Below, piece by piece: positions 12,835 through 22,155 of a stretch of 60,016 bases of DNA. The position numbers and the translations under genes were made by a program. Position 1 is the first letter of the stretch. Each line of letters starts with the position of its first letter. Source of the DNA: Nocardioidaceae bacterium (GTDB lineage Bacteria > Actinomycetota > Actinomycetes > Propionibacteriales > Nocardioidaceae); NCBI GenBank assembly GCA_013696745.1, contig JACCXZ010000133.1:1-60016 (forward strand), written 5' to 3'. The notes below the pieces were generated by a model. The model had not been told where the DNA came from and ran no database searches. It saw only the letters and a list, made by a program, of their open reading frames with translations.

Positions 12835-12914
12835 CACTGCCCACGGCATGTTGCCACTGCCCATGGGTTGCGTCCCATGGGCAGTGCGGTTCACCAGGGG
12901 ACCCTGGTAAGCCG
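12835..12914. repeat. 80-nt double-hairpin repeat element, copy 1 (between convergent ileS and divIVA)
   Basis: Hairpin 1 (12855..12886) has a perfect 13-bp stem, CACTGCCCATGGG/CCCATGGGCAGTG, and a 6-nt loop. Hairpin 2 (12893..12908) is ACCAGG-GGAC-CCTGGT. By hand alignment 66 of 80 positions match 47699..47778. Confidence 0.85.
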
Positions 12915-12923
12915 CGGCGCTGA

Positions 12924-13661
12924 CTAGCCCTGCTGGTTCTGGTTGTCGGTGTCCCCGAGCAGCGAGTGCAAGCGTCGCGGCGAGTGCTCCGGCTCGCCGT
13001 CGGACTGCGGGGCTGCCACGCTCTGCTCGCCCTCGAGCTGCGAGAGCTGGTCGGTGAAGTAGGCCCTGAGGCGGCTGCGGTACTCACGCTCGAAGGAACG
13101 CAGCTCTTGGACCTCGCCGGACAAGCGGTCACGGTCCTTCTCGAGGTCGCCGAACAGCTGCTGGCGACGTTCGGCAGTCTCGACGTCGAGCTTCTCAGCG
13201 CGGCTGCGGGCGTCGCTCTCCACGCGGTCGGCCTTGGTGCGAGCCTCGGCGAGGATCCGATCCGCTTCCTCCTGGGCCTCCGCCATGACCTCGTCGGCGT
13301 TGCGGGTGGCAAGCTCGAGCAGCCGGGCGGCCGCCCCGGCCGCCTGGCCGATGGTGGTCACCGGGGCGCTCTCGGCGCTCGGTGCGTGCGCCTGGCTCGG
13401 ACCGGTTGACGGTGAGACCTCGTCCTGCACCGACGCTGCGTCGGACTCCGACGCCGGGGCCGCCTGCCCGCGCTCCTCGGTGGGTTGCAAGCCGGGGACG
13501 CCGCCGAGCCCGGACCGCAGGCCGTCGTTCTCCTGGGTCAGGCGATCGAGCTCGGACTCGACCTCATCGAGAAACTGGTCGACCTCGCCCATGTCGTAGC
13601 CCTCGCGCAGGCGGACGGGCGTGAAGCGCTTGTTCCGCACGTCCTCTGGAGTCAGCGGCAT
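12924..13661 (-). CDS. divIVA: DivIVA/Wag31 polar growth and division protein
   Basis: N-terminus MPLTPEDVRNKRFTPVRLREGYDMGEVDQFLDEV followed by coiled-coil regions. Confidence 0.95.
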   Translation of the reverse strand: MPLTPEDVRNKRFTPVRLREGYDMGEVDQFLDEVESELDRLTQENDGLRSGLGGVPGLQPTEERGQAAPASESDAASVQDEVSPSTGPSQAHAPSAESAPVTTIGQAAGAAARLLELATRNADEVMAEAQEEADRILAEARTKADRVESDARSRAEKLDVETAERRQQLFGDLEKDRDRLSGEVQELRSFEREYRSRLRAYFTDQLSQLEGEQSVAAPQSDGEPEHSPRRLHSLLGDTDNQNQQG

Positions 13662-13673
13662 GACGTCACCTCA

Positions 13674-13703
13674 GGTCAGATGTCGATGGGTCAGATGTCG
13701 ATG
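13674..13703. repeat. Perfect tandem duplication (2 x 15 nt GGTCAGATGTCGATG) in the divIVA 5' leader
   Basis: Two identical adjacent 15-mers end 13 nt upstream of the divIVA ATG. Confidence 0.9.
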
Positions 13704-13774
13704 GGCAGGTCGCCAAGGCATCCCCACCGTACCGGTGGCCGCAGCGCAGCCGACAACCGGCAGAAGGCATGCTG

Positions 13775-14068
13775 TCAGGACAGGAATACTGCCGCATTCA
13801 CGGCGCGCAGGATGTAGATGACGACGAACAACACGAGCGGTGACAGGTCCAGCGCCACCATGCCGATCCGGACCGGTGGCAGGACCGCACGGATGGCCCG
13901 CAGCGGTGGATCCGTCACCGAGTAGATGACCTCGCAGACGACGAGGACGAAACCGGACGGCCGCCAGGAGCGAGACAGCATCTGCACCCAGTCCAGCACG
14001 ATGCGCGCCAACAGGAACAGCAGCGCCAGGAGCAGGACGAAGGAGATGATCTCCCCAGCAGTGCGCAT
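13775..14068 (-). CDS. YggT-family membrane protein
   Basis: 97 aa with two hydrophobic segments, in the conserved position between sepF and divIVA. Confidence 0.85.
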   Translation of the reverse strand: MRTAGEIISFVLLLALLFLLARIVLDWVQMLSRSWRPSGFVLVVCEVIYSVTDPPLRAIRAVLPPVRIGMVALDLSPLVLFVVIYILRAVNAAVFLS

Positions 14069-14077
14069 ACGGGCGAG

Positions 14078-14560
14078 TCAGCTCTGGTTGAAGAAGCCGC
14101 CCTCGGCGAGACGCTGCTTCTCCGCAGCATCGACCGAGACGTCCGGGGGCGAGAGCAGGAACACCTTGGCGGTCACCCGCTCGATCGTGCCGTGCACGGC
14201 GAAGACGAGCCCGGCGGCGAAGTCGACGAGCCGCTTGGCGTCGTTGTCGTCCATCTCCGAGAGGTTCATGATCACCGGGGTGCCGTCCCGGAAGTGCTCG
14301 CCGATGTTGCGGGCCTCGTTGTACGTCCTGGGGTGCAACGTGGTGATCCGGGCGATGTCGGTGCGCACCGGCTCGACCACCCGCCGACGGGTCGCCAACG
14401 TGGTCACCTGCCCCTCCGGCTCGTCGGCACGCACTGCTCTGACCGGACGTGACTCACGACGCCCGGAGGCCGTCTCGTGCTCGTCGTACTCGTCATCGAA
14501 ACGGTCAGCGTCCTCGACGAGACCGAGATACACACCTACCTTGCGCATCGCGCCAGCCAT
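14078..14560 (-). CDS. sepF: Cell division protein SepF
   Basis: Starts [17 protein letters not shown] at the ATG at 14560. Conserved C-terminal domain ([33 protein letters not shown]). Confidence 0.92.
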   Translation of the reverse strand: MAGAMRKVGVYLGLVEDADRFDDEYDEHETASGRRESRPVRAVRADEPEGQVTTLATRRRVVEPVRTDIARITTLHPRTYNEARNIGEHFRDGTPVIMNLSEMDDNDAKRLVDFAAGLVFAVHGTIERVTAKVFLLSPPDVSVDAAEKQRLAEGGFFNQS

Positions 14561-14649
14561 GAGCTCTGGGACCTCCGGTGGGACCGTGCAGCGCCACTCG
14601 GTGCTGCACCGGGGTTCTCGTGCGAGGCAGTTGCCACGCACGTTGGACA

Positions 14650-15357
14650 CTACCTGCTGCGGCCCCTCTCACCGAGGACCGCGCGGCCTATCCGTACGTG
14701 TGTCGCGCCGACTTCCACGCCGGCTTCCAGGTCGCCGCTCATCCCGGCGGAGAGCACCCCGGCATCCGGGTGCTCGGTCCGCAGGTGGGCGGCGACGTGC
14801 GCGAGCCGCTCGAAAGCGGGACGCGGCTCGGCACCCAGGGGGGCGAGCGCCATCAGGCCGCCGAGCCGTAGGCCCTCGGCCTCGGCGACCGCCTCGGCCA
14901 TTGCGGGGACCTCGTCGGGCCGACACCCCGACCGGACCTCCCGCTGCTCGAGCTCGAGGTCGACCTGGACGAGACAGTCGAGCTCACGGCCCGCCCGCAG
15001 CGCGGCCGTGGACAGGGCGGTGACCAGGGCGAGCCGGTCGACCGACTCGACGACGTCGGCGTACCGGGCGACCGCCGCGGCCTTGTTGGTCTGCAGCCCA
15101 CCGACGAAATGCCAGACCAGCGGGTGGACACCTGCCACCTGCGCATGCTTGTCCGCCGCTTCGGGATGACGGTTCTCACCCACGTGCTGCACTCCCAGGT
15201 CCGCGAGCAGGTCGAGGTCAGCAGCGGGGTAGGTCTTGGTGACGACGACGAGCGTGATCTCGTCGGGATCGCGCCCCGCGGTACGGGCGGCCTGCTCGAT
15301 GCGCTCGCGCACTCTGGCCAGGTTGTCGGCGAGCTCGGCACGACGCTGTCGCGTCAT
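14650..15357 (-). CDS. yggS: YggS-family pyridoxal-phosphate homeostasis protein
   Basis: Starts [13 protein letters not shown] at 15357. Contains VVVTKTYP and [10 protein letters not shown] motifs. The ORF-track N-terminal extension was rejected. Confidence 0.88.
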   Translation of the reverse strand: MTRQRRAELADNLARVRERIEQAARTAGRDPDEITLVVVTKTYPAADLDLLADLGVQHVGENRHPEAADKHAQVAGVHPLVWHFVGGLQTNKAAAVARYADVVESVDRLALVTALSTAALRAGRELDCLVQVDLELEQREVRSGCRPDEVPAMAEAVAEAEGLRLGGLMALAPLGAEPRPAFERLAHVAAHLRTEHPDAGVLSAGMSGDLEAGVEVGATHVRIGRAVLGERGRSR

Positions 15358-16106
15358 GGGGCCGTGTGCCCAGTCAGTCGTACCAGGCCTCCGAGCCGGC
15401 CCGAGCGGCTGCCTTGGCGTCGATGGGAGAACAGGTCGTCGTTCTCCACGGTGCAGGTGACGGCAGCGCCGAGCGAGTCGGCGATGTCGACGACCTCCAC
15501 GGCGAGCTCCTCGAGCTGCGCACGTACCCCTGCGGCGACGTCGACGGCGGACGTCCCCCAGGACGTCTGCGACCAGGTGGCCGGGACCGCCGCCGCCACC
15601 TGCGCCCGCAGCCGCGTCGGGACCTCGTAGCAGTCGCCGCACACCCGAGGGCCCAGCCAGCCGACGATGCTGCCGGCACCGAGTCGGCGCATCGTCCGCA
15701 CGGTCGACGCGACCACTGCGCACACCACACCGGCGCGGCCGGCGTGCGCAACCCCCACGACTCCGGCTGCCACGTCGGCGAGCACGACGGGCACACAATC
15801 GCCCGCCCGGACCAGCAGGGTGACGTCCGCGGCGGAGGTGACCAGGCCGTCCGCAACCGGGAACGGCGTCACCGGGCCGTCGGTCACCACGACGTCATTG
15901 CCGTGCACCTGGCTCATCCGCACCAGTCGTGCCGGGTCGGCCCCGAACCCACGGACCACCATCTCGTGGTTGGTATCGACCCGAGTGTGGTCGTCGCCGT
16001 TGCCATAGCCCAGGTTGAGCGAGTCCCAGGGCCCGTCGCTGACCCCCCCGTGCCGATCCGTGAAGGCGACCTGGAGGCCCACACCCTGGTGGCGGTACAG
16101 GAACAC
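15354..16106 (-). CDS. pgeF: Peptidoglycan editing factor PgeF (YfiH / laccase-domain protein)
   Basis: 250 aa with FTDRHGGVS, QVHG and ADCVPV-like (AGDCVPV) motifs. Sits immediately after ftsZ. Confidence 0.85.
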   Translation of the reverse strand: MFLYRHQGVGLQVAFTDRHGGVSDGPWDSLNLGYGNGDDHTRVDTNHEMVVRGFGADPARLVRMSQVHGNDVVVTDGPVTPFPVADGLVTSAADVTLLVRAGDCVPVVLADVAAGVVGVAHAGRAGVVCAVVASTVRTMRRLGAGSIVGWLGPRVCGDCYEVPTRLRAQVAAAVPATWSQTSWGTSAVDVAAGVRAQLEELAVEVVDIADSLGAAVTCTVENDDLFSHRRQGSRSGRLGGLVRLTGHTAP

Positions 16107-16109
16107 GCC

Positions 16110-17372
16110 CTACTTCAGGAAGTCGGGGATGTCGAGCTCGTCGTCGTCGAACGCGACGGGCCGTTGCGGACGTTGCGCCGGTCTGGGCCCAGGCGCGATA
16201 CCGGCGCGCTCAGGCCGGCCACCGTCGGGCTGTCCCATCTCGGCCCGCGGGGCCGAACCCACCGGGGTCGGCACCTGGGGCTGACGATGGGGTGGGGCCG
16301 AGATCTGCTCGCCCGGCCGCGCCGACGAGGCCGAGGACCCGACCGCCTGCGGCACCGGTACCGGCGCGGCGGGAGCACCGGGGGCCTCCCGGCGCAACGC
16401 AGGCTGACCGATGTCGCGGCGCTTGGGCGTGCCACCGTCGAAGCCCGCCGCGATGACCGTCACGCGCACCTCGTCGCCGAGAGCGTCGTCGATGACCGCA
16501 CCGAAGATGATGTTCGCCTCGGCGTGCGCTGCCTGGCTCACCAACGCCGCCGCCTCGTTGATCTCGAACAGGCCGAGGTCCGAGCCTCCGGCGATCGACA
16601 GCAGGACGCCGTGCGCACCGTCGATCGACGCCTCGAGCAGGGGTGACGAGACCGCCATCTCAGCAGCCGCCACGGCACGGTCGTCGCCGCGAGCGGACCC
16701 AATCCCCATGAGCGCGGACCCGGCGTCGGACATCACCGCCTTCACGTCGGCGAAGTCGAGGTTGATCAGTCCCGGCGTGGTGATCAGGTCGGTGATGCCG
16801 GAGACCCCCTGCAGCAGCACCTGGTCGGCCTGCTTGAAGGCGTCGAGGACGCTGACGTTGCGGTCGCTGATCGAGAGCAGCCTGTCGTTGGGGATGACGA
16901 TGAGGGTGTCGACCTCCTCGCGCAGCTGCGCGATGCCCTCCTCAGCCTGGTTGGCCCGTCTACGGCCCTCGAACGCGAACGGCCGGGTCACGACACCGAT
17001 GGTGAGCGCCCCGAGCGAGCGCGCGATGCGAGCCACCACCGGCGCCCCACCGGTGCCGGTGCCGCCCCCCTCACCGGCGGTCACGAACACCATGTCGGCG
17101 CCCCGGAGGACCTCCTCGATGTCTTCGGCATGGTCCTCGGACGCCTTGGCCCCGACGTCGGGGGCCGCACCGGCACCCAGGCCGCGCGTCAGCTCGCGGC
17201 CGATGTCGAGCTTGACGTCGGCGTCGCTCATCAGCAGCGCCTGGGCGTCGGTGTTGATGGCGATGAACTCCACGCCTTTGAGTCCGACGTCGATCATCCG
17301 GTTGACCGCGTTGACGCCGCCGCCACCGATGCCGACGACCTTGATCACTGCCAGATAGTTCTGCGCTGCCAT
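16110..17372 (-). CDS. ftsZ: Cell division GTPase FtsZ
   Basis: Starts [26 protein letters not shown] at 17372. Contains [11 protein letters not shown] and the C-terminal [11 protein letters not shown] peptide. Confidence 0.98.
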   Translation of the reverse strand: MAAQNYLAVIKVVGIGGGGVNAVNRMIDVGLKGVEFIAINTDAQALLMSDADVKLDIGRELTRGLGAGAAPDVGAKASEDHAEDIEEVLRGADMVFVTAGEGGGTGTGGAPVVARIARSLGALTIGVVTRPFAFEGRRRANQAEEGIAQLREEVDTLIVIPNDRLLSISDRNVSVLDAFKQADQVLLQGVSGITDLITTPGLINLDFADVKAVMSDAGSALMGIGSARGDDRAVAAAEMAVSSPLLEASIDGAHGVLLSIAGGSDLGLFEINEAAALVSQAAHAEANIIFGAVIDDALGDEVRVTVIAAGFDGGTPKRRDIGQPALRREAPGAPAAPVPVPQAVGSSASSARPGEQISAPPHRQPQVPTPVGSAPRAEMGQPDGGRPERAGIAPGPRPAQRPQRPVAFDDDELDIPDFLK

Positions 17373-17593
17373 GTCGCGCACCTCTCGCGGTTGTCGGCCG
17401 TCCCTTCCCCAGGAGGCCGTGGGCTTGTGGTCCCGTCCTCTGCTTCGTCGGCCCGGTCGGCAAACCGTCACCCTCAACTAGAGAGTTATAGTTATGTCAA
17501 CCTGTCGACTGTTCTGAAGGTACGGCGATCGGTGCGAGGATTCGTGCACCTGCGTGGGCGTGTCGCGCGCGGATCGACGATCTGGTGCCGCAC

Positions 17594-18343
17594 TCACGAC
17601 AGGGTGGTCGGCTGCGCGGGAACCGACACGTCATACACCGAGGCCGGCTGAGCCAACAGTGCCGCGAGCACCTCGGCCTTGCGGTCGGAGTCCTCAGCGC
17701 TTCCCCACGTGACGCGGTCCTCGTCCTGCAGGACCAGGGTGATGTCGTCGCGGCTGACCACCTCGACCACCGCGACCCGACGGACTATCTGCGGGGCCAG
17801 CGATGCGACGACCTCCGCGGCCTCACGCAGGGCTTCGTCCTCGCCGATGTCCTCAAGCCCTTCGGCGTCGACCAGCGGCAGCCGAGCGGGGACCCGCGGG
17901 TACGTGCGGAACAACACCCCTTCGGCGTCCATGCCGGAGATGCGGCCGCCCTGACGTACGGCAGCGACAGCTACGCGCTCCGCGACGACGATCCGCACCT
18001 GGCGCGGCCAGTCCCGGCTGACAATGACGCTCGCAACCGGTGCCAGTGTTCGTACCCGGTCAGCCACCGCGTCGGTGTCCAGCCTCGCCAGGGCAATGCC
18101 CGGGGCGACGTCCGCCGCGTCCCGCACCTCCTGGGCGCTGAGCAGCCGGGTGCCCTCGACCTGCACGGTCCGGACTCCGAACACCGACGACACGTACATC
18201 AACCACGCGACGCCGACGAGCACGCCCACCCCGAGCACCAGCGCGATCTGCCGCTGGTAGCGCCGCACCCGCCCGAGCCATCGGCTACGGGTGAACCGTG
18301 ACCGTGAGCTCGCCCGCGGTGCGTCGTCCTGTTGCTCAGCCAT
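17594..18343 (-). CDS. ftsQ: Cell division protein FtsQ
   Basis: Starts at the ATG at 18343 (MAEQQDD). One TM segment followed by a POTRA/FtsQ-type domain. In the conserved slot between murC and ftsZ. Confidence 0.85.
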   Translation of the reverse strand: MAEQQDDAPRASSRSRFTRSRWLGRVRRYQRQIALVLGVGVLVGVAWLMYVSSVFGVRTVQVEGTRLLSAQEVRDAADVAPGIALARLDTDAVADRVRTLAPVASVIVSRDWPRQVRIVVAERVAVAAVRQGGRISGMDAEGVLFRTYPRVPARLPLVDAEGLEDIGEDEALREAAEVVASLAPQIVRRVAVVEVVSRDDITLVLQDEDRVTWGSAEDSDRKAEVLAALLAQPASVYDVSVPAQPTTLS

Positions 18344-19763
18344 CTGCCTGCTCCCTCGCACGTAACACCGACAGCAGCCGTGGACCCAGCACGGTGACGT
18401 CACCGGCACCGAGGGTGACGACGACGTCACCGGGACGCACCCGTTCGACCAGGACGTTCAGTGCGTCATCGAGCGTCGGCGCGTACACGACGGCCTCGGC
18501 CGGAAGCGGCACGGCGTCGGCGACCAGTGCGCCGGTGACCCCCTCCTCACGGTCCTCCCGCGCCAGGTAGATGTCGCTGACCACGACCAGGTCCGCTGCG
18601 CCGAGCGCCGTCCCCATGGCAGGGCCGAACGTCTTCGTACGGCTCACCAGGTGCGGCTGGAAGCAGACGACGAGCCGGGAGCCGGCCGCCAGTGACCGTG
18701 CCGCCTCGACGTCACCGGCGATCTCGACGGGGTGGTGGGCGTAGGAGTCGACGACGGACACGCCGCAGGCGTTGCCCTTGGCCTCCATGCGGCGCCTGCT
18801 GCCGGTGAAGCCGGCGAGGCCCGCGAGCAACGCGTCCGCAGGGAGGCCGATTCGCAGCCCGACGGCCAGGGCCGCCAACGCGTCGATCAGGTAGTGGCGT
18901 CCGGGCACCTGGAGGCGCAGCGGGCCGAGCACCTGCCCGCCGCCCACCACCGTGCAGGTCGACATGCCTTGCTCGGAGCGCAGGTCGACGGCCTGCAGAT
19001 CCATGCCTTCGCCGGTCCCGACCCGAATTGTCTCGATGCCGCGGTCAAGGGCCTGCCGGGCAAGCTCGTCGGCTCCGGGGTCGTCGGCGCAGACCACCAG
19101 GAAGCCACCGGCGCGGATGCGGTCCAGGTAGGCGGTGAACGCCGCGCGGTACGCCTCGACGGTGCCGTAGGCGTCGAGGTGGTCGGCGTCGACGTTGGTC
19201 ACCACGGTGCCGCTCGGTTCGTAGCGCAGGAACGCTCCGTCGCTCTCGTCGGCCTCGACCACGAAGTCCGGCCCCCCGCCGAGGCCGGCGTTGCTACCGG
19301 TCGCGGCCAGCTCGGACCCGATCGCGTACGACGGCTGCGCCCCGGCGTGCAGGAGCGCGACGACGAGCATGGACGTCGTCGTGGTCTTGCCGTGCGTTCC
19401 GGCGACAGCCAGGACCCGTCGTCCCGCCATCAGGGACACCATCGCGGCCGCGCGGGACCAGACGGGGATGCCACGGCGTCGGGCCTCGACCACTTCGGGG
19501 TTGTCCTCGCGGACCGCCGTCGACACGACCAGCACGTCCGCATCACCCAGGTGTGCCGCCGCGTGGCCCACCTCGCAACGGGCACCGAGGCTGCGCAGCG
19601 CGTCCAGCGTCTCGGAGTCCGCTGCGTCGCTGCCGGACACCTCGGTCCCGTGCGCCAACAGCAGGCGGGCGATACCCGACAACGCCGCTCCGCCGATGCC
19701 CACCAGGTGGACGCGACGCAGGTCCGAGACGGCCCTCAGCTGCTCGGGAAAGGGCGCCCTCAT
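18336..19763 (-). CDS. murC: UDP-N-acetylmuramate--L-alanine ligase
   Basis: 475 aa with HLVGIGGAALSGIA and GTHGKTTTTSM motifs. Confidence 0.96.
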   Translation of the reverse strand: MRAPFPEQLRAVSDLRRVHLVGIGGAALSGIARLLLAHGTEVSGSDAADSETLDALRSLGARCEVGHAAAHLGDADVLVVSTAVREDNPEVVEARRRGIPVWSRAAAMVSLMAGRRVLAVAGTHGKTTTTSMLVVALLHAGAQPSYAIGSELAATGSNAGLGGGPDFVVEADESDGAFLRYEPSGTVVTNVDADHLDAYGTVEAYRAAFTAYLDRIRAGGFLVVCADDPGADELARQALDRGIETIRVGTGEGMDLQAVDLRSEQGMSTCTVVGGGQVLGPLRLQVPGRHYLIDALAALAVGLRIGLPADALLAGLAGFTGSRRRMEAKGNACGVSVVDSYAHHPVEIAGDVEAARSLAAGSRLVVCFQPHLVSRTKTFGPAMGTALGAADLVVVSDIYLAREDREEGVTGALVADAVPLPAEAVVYAPTLDDALNVLVERVRPGDVVVTLGAGDVTVLGPRLLSVLRAREQADG

Positions 19764-20857
19764 GTGGACCGCCCAGCGGCCTCGAGCACCAGCTGGGCCA
19801 GCCGGTCGTCGGCGTGCCGCGGCATCAGTTCGCGGCTCGCGGCGGACATCGCGGCCAACCGCTCGGGATCGGCGAGCAACTCCGGCACCCGACGCGCCAC
19901 CCAGGCCGGTGTGAGGGACCCGTCGTCCACCAGCAGGGCACCACCGGCCCTGACCACCGGCTCCGCGTTGCGTCCCTGCTCACCGTTGCCGATCGGCAAC
20001 GGGACGAACACAGCGGGCAGTCCGGTGCAGGCCACCTCGGTGACGGTGTTGGCTCCCGAGCGGCACAGCACCAGGTCTGCCGCGGCGTAGGCGAGGTCCA
20101 TCCGATTGATGAAGGGCGTCACCACGTACGCCGGACCGCCGTCGACTGCCTCGATCTCGGCCTCTTCGACCCTGCCGGCGTGATGCAGGACCTGGATCCC
20201 GGCAGCCCCGAGGGCGGACGCGGCCCCCGATGCCGCGGCGTTGATCCGCCGCGCGCCCTGTGACCCGCCGGTCACGAGCAGGGTCGGCGGGTCGGCGGCG
20301 AGTCCGAAGGCGGTGCGGCCCTGTGCGCGCACCGCGGAACGGTCCAGTGTGGAGATCGACCGGCGGATGGGCAAGCCGATGAAGCTTGCGTGTGGCAGGG
20401 GGGTGCCCGGAAAGCTGGTGGCGACGTGCCGGGTGAGCCGGGCCCCGACCCGGTTGGCGATCCCGGGCAGCGCGTTTCCCTCGTGGACGACGACGGGAAT
20501 CCGTCGGCGCCGAGCCGCGAGGTAAGCCGGCACCGAGACGTACCCGCCGAAACCGGTGACGACGTCAGGGTGGACCCGGTCGAGGACCTCACCGGCCGCC
20601 GTGACGGCACGGCGCAGGCGGCCAGGGGTGCGCACCAGGTCGAGCCCGGGGCGACGCGGCAGCGGGACCCGGGGAACCACCTCGAGCCGGTATCCGGCTT
20701 CGGGGACCAGTGTCGCCTCCAGGCCGGTGCTGGTGCCGAGACAGGTGATGTCGACGTCCGGCACCCGGCGCTGCAGAGCCGCTGCGGTGGCCAGCAGGGG
20801 AGACGTGTGACCGGCGGTCCCCCCGCCGGCGAGCAGGACGCGCAGCGCCCCCTTCAC
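19760..20857 (-). CDS. murG: Undecaprenyl-PP-MurNAc-pentapeptide GlcNAc transferase
   Basis: The GTG at 20857 overlaps the ftsW stop (GTGA). The sequence begins ..LRVLLAGGGTAGHTSP. The ORF-track N-terminal extension was rejected. Confidence 0.93.
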   Translation of the reverse strand: MKGALRVLLAGGGTAGHTSPLLATAAALQRRVPDVDITCLGTSTGLEATLVPEAGYRLEVVPRVPLPRRPGLDLVRTPGRLRRAVTAAGEVLDRVHPDVVTGFGGYVSVPAYLAARRRRIPVVVHEGNALPGIANRVGARLTRHVATSFPGTPLPHASFIGLPIRRSISTLDRSAVRAQGRTAFGLAADPPTLLVTGGSQGARRINAAASGAASALGAAGIQVLHHAGRVEEAEIEAVDGGPAYVVTPFINRMDLAYAAADLVLCRSGANTVTEVACTGLPAVFVPLPIGNGEQGRNAEPVVRAGGALLVDDGSLTPAWVARRVPELLADPERLAAMSAASRELMPRHADDRLAQLVLEAAGRST

Positions 20858-22122
20858 GCGTCTCGTCCGGCCGCCAGGCGTGCCCGAACGCGACGACGCT
20901 TCGAGCGCCTTGACGCCAGGGCTGCCCGGGCCCCCGGTTCGGTCTTGGCGAAGGCGGCCAGCATGCCGAGGGCGACCAGGGTGGGCAGCAGCGCGGACCC
21001 GCCGTAGGACACCAGGGGCAGGGGGATGCCGATGACCGGGAGCAGACCCAGCACCATGCCGAAGTTGATCACGCTCTGGCTGAGCAACCACACGGTGATC
21101 CCGGCCGAGGCGTAGCGCACGAACGGATCCTTGGTGCGCATCGCGATCCGCAGCCCGGTGTAGGCCAACAACATGAACAGGCCGAGCACCATGAGCGTCC
21201 CGAAGAGCCCGAGCTCCTCACCGATGACAGCGAAGATGAAGTCGGTGTGTGCCTCGGGCAACGTGCCCCACTTCTGCCGGCTGCCGCCGAGCCCGACGCC
21301 CCAGAACGAGCCGCTGGCCAGGGCGTACAGGCCGTGTCCGGCTTGCCAGCCCTCTCCCTGCAGGTCAGCCATCGGGTCGGTGAACGTCGCCAGGCGCTCG
21401 ACGCGCTCGGGCTCGGCGTTGGCGAAGTAGGCCGCCATCGCCGTCAGCGCGGCGAGCAGCACCAGCAGCAGCCGGGCTGGGGCACCGACGACGAACAACG
21501 AGCCGGCGATGATCGCGAAGAAGACCAGAGCGGTCCCGAGGTCACCTTGCAGGACGACCATGGTGGTGACGAGCAGCGTGACCGGCAGCATCGGGATGAC
21601 CAGGTGCTTCCAGTCGTCGAGCACGGCGTCCTTGCGCGCGTACAGGTCCGCGACCCACAGCACCAGACCGAGCTTGGCGATCTCCGAGGGCTGCACGGTG
21701 AACGGTCCCCCGACGTTGAGCCAGTTCTGGTTGCCGTTCACATCGACCCCCAGACCAGGGACGTACGTCAGGGCGATGAGGACGATCGATCCCAGCAGCG
21801 CCGGGTACGCCATCCAGCGCATCACCCGGACGGGCAGCAGGGATGCCAGCCACGCGGCCGGGATGCCGAGTGCCACCCACATCACCTGCCGGGAGAAGAT
21901 GACGTAGGAGTTGCCGTCGTTGTTGGTGAAGGACAGCACCGAGCTCGCCGACAGCACCATGACGAGCCCGAGACCGAGCAGGATGCCGGTGACGCCGATC
22001 ACGAGCTGGTAGGACGTCAGCGGGCGGTCGAGTCCCTGGCGCAGCGAGGCTGTCCAGCCCAGCGCACCGCCTCGCGGCCCGCTCGGCCGCCGCATCTCCG
22101 GTCGCGGGGCGGTGGTCGTCAT
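20854..22122 (-). CDS. ftsW: Peptidoglycan glycosyltransferase FtsW (SEDS family)
   Basis: Polytopic membrane protein with the SEDS motif GIPLPLVSYGGSA. The ATG at 22122 has a good SD (AGAGGGG). An alternative GTG is at 22152. Confidence 0.93.
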   Translation of the reverse strand: MTTTAPRPEMRRPSGPRGGALGWTASLRQGLDRPLTSYQLVIGVTGILLGLGLVMVLSASSVLSFTNNDGNSYVIFSRQVMWVALGIPAAWLASLLPVRVMRWMAYPALLGSIVLIALTYVPGLGVDVNGNQNWLNVGGPFTVQPSEIAKLGLVLWVADLYARKDAVLDDWKHLVIPMLPVTLLVTTMVVLQGDLGTALVFFAIIAGSLFVVGAPARLLLVLLAALTAMAAYFANAEPERVERLATFTDPMADLQGEGWQAGHGLYALASGSFWGVGLGGSRQKWGTLPEAHTDFIFAVIGEELGLFGTLMVLGLFMLLAYTGLRIAMRTKDPFVRYASAGITVWLLSQSVINFGMVLGLLPVIGIPLPLVSYGGSALLPTLVALGMLAAFAKTEPGARAALASRRSKRRRVRARLAAGRDA

Positions 22123-22155
22123 CGCCGCCCCTCTTGCTGCGTCGTCGGGCACCGC

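Noticed and set aside
14650-15798. Over-long ORF-track models (this one, and the N-terminal extensions of ftsZ, ftsQ, murG, murD, sepF, lspA and the C26 hydrolase)
   Set aside because: The extensions are Arg/Pro-rich, overlap the upstream gene, and homology starts at internal ATG or GTG codons. Several of those codons form GTGA or ATGA overlaps with the preceding stop.
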